Virus record (IMG/VR): IMGVR_UViG_3300020044_007046
Span: 2,102-66,101 of that record
DNA length: 64,000 bases
Strand: one strand, 5' to 3'
Origin: a virus
Lineage: Duplodnaviria > Caudoviricetes
Below, in pieces: positions 1-7,689 of this stretch (positions are counted from its first letter, which is position 1; every line of letters starts with the position of its first letter). The notes under the pieces are model-generated. The model was not told where the DNA came from and did no database searches. It saw nothing but the letters and a program-made list of their open reading frames with translations. A program made the translations under genes and the position numbers.

Positions 1-174
1 ATGTTGAGTTAACTTTAGTGCTGAAAATTCACGGCAAAAATCTGCAAACTGGTCTTCAGGCATCTGTGAAACATCAATGGCTTCAACAAATTTGGTTGGG
101 CCAAACAATGGAATTGCAGCACGCTTTGAGACAGTGCCATCTGCTTTTGTGTAAGTGAATTCTAGGAAATTCAT
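1..174 (-). CDS. Hypothetical protein, runs off the window start
   Basis: ATG at 174 after an AAAGAAAG RBS-like run and a TTGACC-17-TATAAT promoter (about 206-234); open frame MNFLEFTYTKADGTVSKR... to the window edge. Confidence 0.6.
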   Translation of the reverse strand, partial: MNFLEFTYTKADGTVSKRAAIPLFGPTKFVEAIDVSQMPEDQFADFCREFSALKLTQH

Positions 175-244
175 AATTTGTCTTTCTTTCGTAAATTAAG
201 TATATATTATACCGCTTTTGCAGTTTAGGGTCAAATGTAAAATT

Positions 245-508
245 TTAGGTTTGACTTTCCAATACGGCTCGTTCAATACCAGTTTTAAATCGTTCGCTAA
301 AACTTGGTATAAAAATAGGCAGCACAGCAAATGGAGCAGTAATGGAAGTTATTGTAATATAAATAAAGTAACTTAACCAAGTACTTTCAGTAAAACTATT
401 AGTGACGTTCATGTCTTTAGCTAAAGATATTGCGGGTGCTAAAAATAATACGCAACTTGTAATGCCCGTGGTTAGCGCAAATAAAAGATATAGCTCAATT
501 ACTTCCAT
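245..508 (-). CDS. Small membrane protein (two hydrophobic segments)
   Basis: 87 aa ORF in a co-oriented block; hydrophobic stretches. Confidence 0.6.
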   Translation of the reverse strand: MEVIELYLLFALTTGITSCVLFLAPAISLAKDMNVTNSFTESTWLSYFIYITITSITAPFAVLPIFIPSFSERFKTGIERAVLESQT

Positions 509-891
509 ACTAAGTTACCTTTAGAATCGTGTGCTCGAGCACCCAAACTAAAGCTAACTTTACCTTCGATAACCTTTACATTATCCCAATCAGGTCTATA
601 AGCAAGGGCGGCAGCTTGAACCTTAGGGTTACTACTGAATAAATCTACACTGGCTCGACCTGTAAACTCTTTGAATAATTTAGCGAGCCTAATGTTTCCA
701 TGACTCCATACAGTTTTTGTTGTAGGAGTGTGTCTACGATATTTAATATTTGCTAATGCGTCTTTAATTTGTTCGTTATTAGGTTGTTGCTTTAGTATTC
801 TTGTTAATTTAATTTTTCTGTTTGTAGCCCAACGTGTGCTAGACTTATACAAGGCAGAATATGCCTGCTTAGATTTACTTGCTGAAGCCAT
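499..891 (-). CDS. Hypothetical basic protein
   Basis: 130 aa ORF overlapping its neighbours in an operon-like arrangement. Confidence 0.7.
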   Translation of the reverse strand: MASASKSKQAYSALYKSSTRWATNRKIKLTRILKQQPNNEQIKDALANIKYRRHTPTTKTVWSHGNIRLAKLFKEFTGRASVDLFSSNPKVQAAALAYRPDWDNVKVIEGKVSFSLGARAHDSKGNLVWK

Positions 892-894
892 TAT

Positions 895-1224
895 TTACTC
901 CACTGTGTCAAAGTCTACTTCGTATTCATTGTGCCATGCTTGTGTAACATAGCCTTCAACATTAGATTCAGCACGCTCTGTCATCTCAGCTGCACGCTTA
1001 ACAGCTTCACCAATTCTTTGAATTTCTTGTAATGCAGCGATTAGTTCAGGAACTGCTTCAAGATGAATAGGTACATAACGAGTACAGCCATCAAAGATAC
1101 GAACTTCATCCATTCCGCCAGGACCTGTGCCATGCTCTACACCATAATAAAACTGGCTGCTATTGCAAGTAAATAAGCCGTCGCTAAAAATGTCTTCGTT
1201 AGCATTACCAAAATAAATTTTCAT
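895..1224 (-). CDS. Hypothetical protein
   Basis: ORF track 895..1290; start moved to MKIYFG, which follows an AAGGA RBS. Confidence 0.6.
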   Translation of the reverse strand: MKIYFGNANEDIFSDGLFTCNSSQFYYGVEHGTGPGGMDEVRIFDGCTRYVPIHLEAVPELIAALQEIQRIGEAVKRAAEMTERAESNVEGYVTQAWHNEYEVDFDTVE

Positions 1225-1303
1225 TGTGTTTCCTTGTGTTAAAATTCTGTGGAGAACTTGTATTATATCAAAAGTAGTATAAGAGTTCAAGTATGTTTTT
1301 TAC

Positions 1304-1332
1304 AAACAAAAAACCCAGCTTAACGCTGGGTT
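1304..1332 (-). terminator. Intrinsic terminator
   Basis: Stem AACCCAGC/GCTGGGTT followed by a T-run on the minus strand. Confidence 0.6.
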
Positions 1333-1414
1333 GGTTGTTTTGGGCTTATAATTGGATGAGGAATAAACTTAGGTCTAGGTAGACTTAATAGTCGGTCTGG
1401 TATAAAGACGGGTT

Positions 1415-1546
1415 TCATTCAAATAAAACGTAATCTTCTTTACCTACTCCGCACTCAGGACACTCAAAGTTTTCTGGAAGTGTATCCCATGCGCCCTCAG
1501 TAGCTTCATCGTGAACGTGATCACATACTACGCAAACATATGTCAT
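1415..1546 (-). CDS. Rubredoxin (43 aa, below the ORF-track cutoff)
   Basis: Manual translation MTYVCVVCDHVHDEATEGAWDTLPENFECPECGVGKEDYVLFE with two CxxC motifs; TAATG overlap with the upstream gene. Confidence 0.9.
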   Translation of the reverse strand: MTYVCVVCDHVHDEATEGAWDTLPENFECPECGVGKEDYVLFE

Positions 1547-1995
1547 TATAAGGACTCCAATTTTTGTTGATATGCCTGTGCGTGACGTTTTTCAACACCA
1601 GCAAGTGCGGCAAAACGTTTTTCTGCTAATGCAAGTACTTTTTGGAACTGTTCTGCGTGTTGCTTAGACTCATCAATTTGATGTGTTGCTTCAGCAACAG
1701 CTCTAGCATTGTTTTCATGCTCTGCTGCACGACGAAACTCTGGATACATAGTTGTGAACTCGTATGTTTCACCCTCAATAGCAAGCTCCAAACACTTGCG
1801 TGTATCAGGTTTACCAATCAGTAACTCTAAGTGTCCCCAAGCGTGTTTAATTTCTTGGTCGGCAGTATGTTCAAAGTGTTGTGCAACTTCTTCAAAACCC
1901 TCATCACGAGCAAGTTTAGCAAAATAGCGATATTTAATATGTGCCATCGACTCACCAGCCAAGGCACTTTCTAGATTTTTAATTGTAAGTGACAT
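1546..1995 (-). CDS. rbr: Rubrerythrin (ferritin-like diiron domain, no fused rubredoxin)
   Basis: NLESALAGESMAHIKYRYFA...EIKHA...AIEGETYE...MYPEF...VEKRHA diiron pattern; start taken at MSLTIKN. Confidence 0.85.
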   Translation of the reverse strand: MSLTIKNLESALAGESMAHIKYRYFAKLARDEGFEEVAQHFEHTADQEIKHAWGHLELLIGKPDTRKCLELAIEGETYEFTTMYPEFRRAAEHENNARAVAEATHQIDESKQHAEQFQKVLALAEKRFAALAGVEKRHAQAYQQKLESL

Positions 1996-1996
1996 A

Positions 1997-2890
1997 TTAT
2001 GCAGGAGTATATTCAATACCTGTTGTAGCTAAACCTACTAAACCGATGGTTGTTTCAAACGCAGACAACTCACTAGCCATTACTAATACATCTGCTTGAC
2101 TGTAGTTATTGGCTGTCATCCAACCTGTGTATGCAGTTACATCTGCTAATGTAGCATTTGTGCCCATAACATTTTTGTAAACGTGCTTGATGAAAGTTTC
2201 ATCACTAACACCGCCTGCATCAGTTTTGTATGTGTCGGTAGCTAACAATGCTGTGGCTATTTGTTTGTTTGTCCAACCTGCATCAGCAAGATGGATACCA
2301 ATACCTGTATAAGCTTTAGTAACATCACTAGTACCCAGTGCAGCTGCTAACAGTGCGTAAACATCGCCTGCACGACCTGCGGCATCGTAAGCAATGGCTT
2401 TATCTGTAAATACAACGCGCTCGTGATCAGCAAGTTTGAACTCAAGGTTACTAACTAAACCACTGGTTAAGTTTACTTCATCAGCAGTTTTAGTAATTGT
2501 ATATTCAGTGCTTGCGCCACCAACTGTGTAAGTATCTACACCAGTTGTGCCTGTAACATCGATTTGAACGTCTACTGTGCCATCGCCAATTCTACCAGTA
2601 CCTACTACACCAAAAGTAGCAATTTTACCAGCAGCACCAACTGTGCCAACTGTAACGATTAAATTGTTAGCTACTGTACCACCTAAGGCAGTACCTGCCA
2701 ATGTGATAGTGTCGCCTGCAACATAGCCAGTGCCTGCACTAGCAGCTACGGAGTCAAGTACTACTGAGTAAGTTCCGTTGGTTTTTGTAACATCAAATGT
2801 AGCACCATCACCAGTGCCTCCAGTTAGTCCAGTAACATTTTGATAAGTAGTATTTACTGCCTTATCTTTGATTGTAATTGTTGTTGTCAT
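1997..2890 (-). CDS. S-layer/RTX-associated-like protein with C-terminal DUF4214-like domain
   Basis: Thr/Gly-rich beta-type N-terminus, then HERVVFTDKAIAYD...AGDVYALLAAALG...FIKHVYKNVMG, typical of DUF4214-bearing surface proteins. Confidence 0.65.
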   Translation of the reverse strand: MTTTITIKDKAVNTTYQNVTGLTGGTGDGATFDVTKTNGTYSVVLDSVAASAGTGYVAGDTITLAGTALGGTVANNLIVTVGTVGAAGKIATFGVVGTGRIGDGTVDVQIDVTGTTGVDTYTVGGASTEYTITKTADEVNLTSGLVSNLEFKLADHERVVFTDKAIAYDAAGRAGDVYALLAAALGTSDVTKAYTGIGIHLADAGWTNKQIATALLATDTYKTDAGGVSDETFIKHVYKNVMGTNATLADVTAYTGWMTANNYSQADVLVMASELSAFETTIGLVGLATTGIEYTPA

Positions 2891-2912
2891 AAATTTCCTA
2901 TGTGTGTTGTGT

Positions 2913-2988
<76 letters not shown>

Positions 2989-2998
2989 GACTCGTGAG

Positions 2999-3072
2999 TG
3001 GAGCGGGATATCAGGCTCGAACTGATCTCTCTAGTTTGGAAGACTAGGGCACAACCCCTATACCAATCCCGC
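2999..3072 (-). tRNA. tRNA-Gly (TCC)
   Basis: GCGGGAT...CTAGT-CTTCCAA-ACTAG...TTCGAGC...TCCA. Confidence 0.9.
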
Positions 3073-3163
3073 TTAAATTTCTAAGTTTACTTTTTCTACT
3101 TGCACAAAGCCGTGCTCATCTATTGCCCAGATTAATACTTCTAGCATATTAGGTGTTGAGTAA

Positions 3164-3436
3164 TCAAAAAGGGACATCTTCATCTTTCCAAGGTGCAATC
3201 TCATTTTGATAATATTCTTCAGCTTCACGAAAGCCTGCACGTGCTAGTAGGTCTGTCATAACAGGAGTTGTAAAATTAACAAAACCTTGTTTGTTTAACC
3301 AAATCAGGTATTCAAAATCATCAGCAATAATATCACATATTCGACAACCAGCAAACTTGCCCATTGTAAGTTTATCTAACATATCTAGTTTGTTTGATTT
3401 TAAATTACCAAATGTTTTAGCCATTTTCTTTCTCAA
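3164..3436 (-). CDS. Small protein with GKF/GKY-type motif (exodeoxyribonuclease X C-terminal-like)
   Basis: LTMGKFAGCRICDI...EYLIWL pattern; ends in DVPF. Confidence 0.5.
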   Translation of the reverse strand: MRKKMAKTFGNLKSNKLDMLDKLTMGKFAGCRICDIIADDFEYLIWLNKQGFVNFTTPVMTDLLARAGFREAEEYYQNEIAPWKDEDVPF

Positions 3437-4007
3437 CTTCAGTTTCTTCTAGTGCTGCCATTTTAGCTAACACCAAATCAATTCGTGCTAACACTTGCTG
3501 ACTGGTCATCCAAATGTCTTTGTTGTCTAGCATTGACTTGATTTCTTCAGGCGTTAAAAACTCATGATATACTTCGCGCAAGAAGTTTTCACTCCAAGCA
3601 CGTTCAAACTGAAGTTGATCAAACATTTCTCCGCCTTTGCCAAACACGCCTGCACTATAATTGTGGAACATAAATAAACTGTGAGGAGTTACTTCGAACT
3701 CATCTCCGTGTAAAAAGATCATTGTTGCAGCACTCATACAAGCGCCTTCTACACTGGTAATTACATGGGCATCAGTTTCACTTAGCACGCGCAAAAATTG
3801 CAAGGCAGTATATAAATCGCCTCCACAACTGTTAATATAAATTTTAACTGTGTCGGTTGCACGAGCATTACGAATGGTATCAAACCACTCTATGTATTCA
3901 TTGGCTTCTTCAATTTCGCCTGACAAATAAAATTCGTATAGGTTTCCAGTTACTTTAGAAAAAGAACTTTTACCTGTGGTTAGCAAGGAATCTAATTTAT
4001 CTGTCAT
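3417..4007 (-). CDS. clpP: ClpP/S14-family protease
   Basis: IYINSCGGD, CMSAATMIF (catalytic Ser) and FMFHN (His); start taken at MTDKL. Confidence 0.85.
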   Translation of the reverse strand: MTDKLDSLLTTGKSSFSKVTGNLYEFYLSGEIEEANEYIEWFDTIRNARATDTVKIYINSCGGDLYTALQFLRVLSETDAHVITSVEGACMSAATMIFLHGDEFEVTPHSLFMFHNYSAGVFGKGGEMFDQLQFERAWSENFLREVYHEFLTPEEIKSMLDNKDIWMTSQQVLARIDLVLAKMAALEETEVEKENG

Positions 4008-4021
4008 GTGTGTTTCTTTAG

Positions 4022-4159
4022 TTAAGTTGTTTTTAAATATTCTCGGCAAGCAGTTACCCAAGCGACAACAGTCATGTTGTCTGTAACATGACTGTAGTTT
4101 TGGATAACCCATTGACATATGTCTGGGCTTTTGGCATGATAGCCTGGTATTAAGTCCAT
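4022..4159 (-). CDS. Small hypothetical protein (45 aa)
   Basis: AAAGGA RBS then MDLIPGYHAK...; only the 3' part of track ORF 4022..4402 lies outside tRNAs. Confidence 0.5.
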   Translation of the reverse strand: MDLIPGYHAKSPDICQWVIQNYSHVTDNMTVVAWVTACREYLKTT

Positions 4160-4172
4160 GTTTATCCTTTGT

Positions 4173-4250
4173 TGGAAGTGTGAGTCAGATTCGAACTGAC
4201 GGCTTTCAGGATTTGCAATCCCGTGCATTGGACCGCTCTGCCACCACACT
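4173..4250 (-). tRNA. tRNA-Cys (GCA)
   Basis: AGTGTGG...CGGGA-TTGCAAA-TCCTG...TTCGAAT...TCCA. Confidence 0.9.
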
Positions 4251-4255
4251 GTATT

Positions 4256-4329
4256 TGGCATATCTCCAGGGACTCGAACCCCGACTAGCGGTTTTGGAGA
4301 CCGCGGTGCTGCCATTACACTAGAGACAT
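4256..4329 (-). tRNA. tRNA-Trp (CCA)
   Basis: ATGTCTC...GCGGT-CTCCAAA-ACCGC...TTCGAGT...GCCA. Confidence 0.9.
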
Positions 4330-4336
4330 ATGAATT

Positions 4337-4411
4337 TGGCGGTCTTATGGGGTAACGATCCCCATCTACAGCAGTGACAGTGCTGTGTGCGTCCGTGAAC
4401 ACTTTAAGACC
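4337..4411 (-). tRNA. tRNA-Asp (GTC), atypical T-loop
   Basis: GGTCTTA...CAGCA-CTGTCAC-TGCTG...TGGGG-ATCGTTA-CCCCA-TAAGACC-GCCA. Confidence 0.8.
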
Positions 4412-4520
4412 TGATAAATAGTAAGTAATATGCTACTACAGCTATTCCTGCAACAACAATTATGTTGCAGACAATATTGTATATTTTTTCGCCATTAGAA
4501 GTCATACTATCTCCTTTGTT

Positions 4521-4595
4521 TGGGCAGACGTTATGGTTTCGATCCATATCTACGAATTTCACAGATTCGGGTGCTCCCAGTACACTAAACGCTGC
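4521..4595 (-). tRNA. tRNA-His (GTG), bulged acceptor stem
   Basis: CGAAT-CTGTGAA-ATTCG anticodon arm, ATGG-ATCGAAA-CCAT T-arm, CCA end; the acceptor GCAGCGT/ACGTCTGC needs a 1-nt bulge. Confidence 0.65.
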
Positions 4596-4697
4596 ATACC
4601 ATTTTTAGTAGCGCCTGGTCGCCATATCCAGGTTGCCTCAGCGTCAGGGAGGAGAATAACGCTTACATGCAATAGCCAATGAATTCGCTACTAAAAA

Positions 4698-4773
4698 TGG
4701 TACTCGGTACGAGATTCGAACTCGTGTGCTCGCCGTGAAAGGGCGGTATCCTAGGCCTCTAGATGAACCGAGT
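4698..4773 (-). tRNA. tRNA-Glu (TTC)
   Basis: ACTCGGT...CGCC-CTTTCAC-GGCG...TTCGAAT...ACCA. Confidence 0.9.
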
Positions 4774-4779
4774 GTTGTT

Positions 4780-4863
4780 TGGTACGAGTAATCGGAGTCG
4801 AACCGATACGTTTTACACGGCAGATTTTAAGTCTGCTGGGTCTACCAATTCCCCCATACTCGC
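4780..4863 (-). tRNA. tRNA-Leu (TAA)
   Basis: GCGAGTA...GCAGA-CTTAAAA-TCTGC, long variable arm, TTCGACT, ACCA. Confidence 0.9.
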
Positions 4864-4868
4864 AGTAT

Positions 4869-5072
4869 TTATACTACTCTAACTACAAGTGTAATTAGGT
4901 CAAGCCATACTGAACTATAAGTATCCTTAAGATAGTTAACATCTCGAATACTAAGGTATGGTCCGTTAACAATCTTAAAATCTTTTCCAGCGTTCCAATC
5001 AGCTTTGGCTTCTTCGCTAGTTTTATAGTGTCTGCCATATGCAGGCATAATCATTAATGGCTTTGAGTTCAT
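4869..5072 (-). CDS. Hypothetical protein
   Basis: 67 aa ORF with an AAGGA RBS. Confidence 0.65.
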   Translation of the reverse strand: MNSKPLMIMPAYGRHYKTSEEAKADWNAGKDFKIVNGPYLSIRDVNYLKDTYSSVWLDLITLVVRVV

Positions 5073-5098
5073 AGATTATCCTTGTCGTTAAAGAATAA

Positions 5099-5281
5099 TT
5101 ATAACAAACTTTTACCACTTGAGTCAACTTTGAAATTTTGTGCGTCTTGAGTTTCTTGATTGTTGCGAGTAGGTTTATCTGTTTCCGAATCCGTAGCAAA
5201 GATAGCATCCCAACGAGCTGCATACTCTTGGTCTGACACACTGTAGGGTCTTGGCTTTGAACCTTTTCCACCATCTGACAT
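5099..5281 (-). CDS. Small phage hypothetical protein (MSDGGKGSKPRP...)
   Basis: GGAGA RBS; 60 aa ORF. Confidence 0.65.
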   Translation of the reverse strand: MSDGGKGSKPRPYSVSDQEYAARWDAIFATDSETDKPTRNNQETQDAQNFKVDSSGKSLL

Positions 5282-5492
5282 TTTGTTTCTCCAATTAAAT
5301 AAGGTTTAGGATTACCCACAATACACTCCATCCTGCAGGCCTAGGTGGAGATTTAACTCTGAAACTGTTGCACGTGCACGCACTAGGTTTCTCACCCGCT
5401 TTGACTTAGGGTCGAAAGGTGTTGTAGGTAAACCTAAACCTTAGTTTAGGGCAGGCGTTTCACCTGCATGGGGCGTTATTTCAGCCCATGTT

Positions 5493-5563
5493 TGGTTGCG
5501 GCGGAAGGACTCGAACCTTCTAAGCGGAGCTTATGAGACTTGCTTCTACCCTGACTCACCGCG
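5493..5563 (-). tRNA. Degenerate initiator-type tRNA-fMet (CAT)
   Basis: C1:A72 mismatch (CGCGGTG/CGCCGCA-ACCA), CTCATAA loop and good T-arm, but a weak anticodon stem lacking the three G-C pairs and a short D-arm. Confidence 0.55.
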
Positions 5564-5568
5564 GTATG

Positions 5569-5715
5569 TTAATAACAGTTATTGAATAGTTTGCGCTCGC
5601 GATAGTTTTGCCAAACTGCTTCTAATCGTTGCACATCTTTGTGGTCTACAGGTTGTGCATCTTCCATAAAGTCATCTAGCGTATAAGGTTTGAATATATC
5701 CTGTAAACGCTGCAT
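5569..5715 (-). CDS. Small hypothetical protein (48 aa)
   Basis: Manual translation MQRLQDIFKPYTLDDFMED...; fills the gap between the adjacent CDS and the tRNA. Confidence 0.5.
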   Translation of the reverse strand: MQRLQDIFKPYTLDDFMEDAQPVDHKDVQRLEAVWQNYRERKLFNNCY

Positions 5716-5719
5716 TAGA

Positions 5720-5947
5720 TTACTTAACATCTTTGACAAACCCATATAACTTGTTTGCTTCTTTTAAGACTTCATCAAAAGTATACATTTTAGGAGCATA
5801 CTCTTTCCAGTCGTCAGCAACTTTTTTACCTTCTTTTACAAGTTGTTCAAAAGTCTGTTGAGCAAAATCCAAGTTAATTTCCTGCTGTTTTTGCAGGTAG
5901 TCTTGCGCCATTTTTAGCATTTCTGCACGAATTTCAAAAGGATTCAT
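5720..5947 (-). CDS. Helical hypothetical protein (MNPFEIRAEMLKMAQDY...)
   Basis: 75 aa; overlaps the next ORF by ATGA. Confidence 0.7.
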   Translation of the reverse strand: MNPFEIRAEMLKMAQDYLQKQQEINLDFAQQTFEQLVKEGKKVADDWKEYAPKMYTFDEVLKEANKLYGFVKDVK

Positions 5948-6162
5948 TTTGATTCCTTTTTAGGGTACATAATGTCTGATTGTTTGTCAAAGTAATACTT
6001 TGTCATAGTTGTTGTGTTGTCAACAACCATTTTAGCCCAAGCTGTTTGAGCGTCAATAAAGTCATTAGCTGCTTTATTTAGTGTTGGATCAGTGATTACT
6101 TTGTTAGTAAAACTGTGTTTAAGATTTTGAAAAGAATCAATATAAAATTGAGGAGTAAACAT
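5944..6162 (-). CDS. Helical hypothetical protein, possibly phasin-like
   Basis: 72 aa amphipathic sequence with an AAGGA RBS. Confidence 0.6.
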   Translation of the reverse strand: MFTPQFYIDSFQNLKHSFTNKVITDPTLNKAANDFIDAQTAWAKMVVDNTTTMTKYYFDKQSDIMYPKKESK

Positions 6163-6264
6163 AATAGTTCCTTGTGTTGTGTGTGAAAAGTCCGAGAAAT
6201 ATTTACACAGCCTTGCTCGGACTGCTGTAAGGATAGTTTTCTTGGTTTCCTTAAACCTGAGGGG

Positions 6265-6393
6265 TTATTCGTCTAAACTGCGGTTTAGCCTGCCACGCAG
6301 TTGTTTGTGTGTTTTAGTATGTGACCCAGCTTTACGACGGATCATATGCACAACCATTAAGTTGCGCTGTTTAGGAATTTTTTTCTTTTTCAT
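6265..6393 (-). CDS. Small very basic protein (42 aa)
   Basis: Manual translation MKKKKIPKQRNLMVVHMIRRKAGSHTKTHKQLRGRLNRSLDE. Confidence 0.55.
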   Translation of the reverse strand: MKKKKIPKQRNLMVVHMIRRKAGSHTKTHKQLRGRLNRSLDE

Positions 6394-6581
6394 AATAATC
6401 CATTGATGTGTTTATTGTTTACTGCAACCCCCGCTAAGAGGCAAGGTCTAATTTATATAGTTAATTACGCTATCCTATATAGACACAGAACTATAGTATA
6501 TGCGGGTCTAGAATACATATACAATTCGGTTCCCAAAGCTCCAAGACTGAACTGGAATCGAGCAATAAACACAGCAATAGA

Positions 6582-7191
6582 TTATGATATCATCACTGCT
6601 TGTGTTTTAGTGTAATTTCTTAGTTCTTCTTTTTGTAAGTCGTGTACCACGAGCTCGTGTTTGCCGTACCACCAGTCTAAATTGACATCTAGTGCTACTT
6701 CATAACATCTAACTGCTGAAACAAAATCTACTCCGCCTTCGTATCCAGCGCGAACAACTTGCATTTCGGGATCGTGTTGTTGTAATTCTTTAATGAGGTC
6801 TTTTATTTTCATGAGTATTTATCTACATTCAAGCCTACTGATTTAGTCGGATGTAATTCTCCGACTTTGTTATAGTAGTACTGAACATATTCCATATTAT
6901 ATGTTTCTGTTTTAGGGTCAAATACTGCTTTACTTATAATCTTTTTCTCAAGATTATAGTAATTGTATATATCGGTTGCAATACCTGTTACTATCATTGC
7001 ATAGCCTTGTATTCACGAATAGCTTCTGCATCTAAACAAGCGTACACACGAAATGAGTCACGACCAACTCGATCATAAAGATCAAGAGCCATTTTTTCTA
7101 ATCGTTCTAGTTTTTCAATAGGAATCGTATCACAATTAATGTAACGACTCATAAAAGCATCAATTAAAAACTCTCGTGTATACCCAGCCAT
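6582..7191 (-). CDS. Three small overlapping hypothetical ORFs (6582-6812, 6809-6997, 6994-7191)
   Basis: ATGA-type overlaps, co-oriented, promoter upstream at about 7213-7242. Confidence 0.65.
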
Positions 7192-7248
7192 ATTTCCTCC
7201 AAAGTAGTCTATATTATACTACAAAAAGCAATATAAATCAAGTCTAAA

Positions 7249-7689
7249 TTAATAGGAGGTTTTGCCACCAAATGCGCGAACCCAGTCAATCTGCCGTTCA
7301 AATTCTATAATAAGATCAGACTCATTGAAGTTATATATGTCAGGTATATCTAGTACTAGTGATCTTAATGTTAGTATATTATGTAACATTTGATGATCTT
7401 TAAATAGCTCTAAACATTCGTGATAGTTTTCTTCGTTAACAAACACAATTTTGTCTGCCCACATAATTAAGTTAGCGCTAATAGGAATTAGCGCATAGTC
7501 AATTGCACTACCACAACTGCGAGCATTTAACCCTTTGCGAATGGCTAGTGCAGCACCTGTTGGGCTACGCAGTAACCCAGCGCTGCACACAAAAAGCCAG
7601 CGAGGAGCACTGCCTTGACTATAATTATTATAAGGAGCTGTTGTTTTAAAGATTTCTGCATTTTTAGTGCCTGTTTCAAATCTGTTCAT
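7249..7689 (-). CDS. Low-molecular-weight protein tyrosine phosphatase-like protein
   Basis: LFVCSAGLLRSPT (CX5R P-loop) and a downstream LDIPD motif. Confidence 0.8.
   Translation of the reverse strand: MNRFETGTKNAEIFKTTAPYNNYSQGSAPRWLFVCSAGLLRSPTGAALAIRKGLNARSCGSAIDYALIPISANLIMWADKIVFVNEENYHECLELFKDHQMLHNILTLRSLVLDIPDIYNFNESDLIIEFERQIDWVRAFGGKTSY

Noticed and set aside
4022-4402. 126-aa ORF and ORF 5023..5331 in the tRNA region
   Set aside because: They run through tRNA genes or overlap better-supported ORFs; only 4022..4159 is kept
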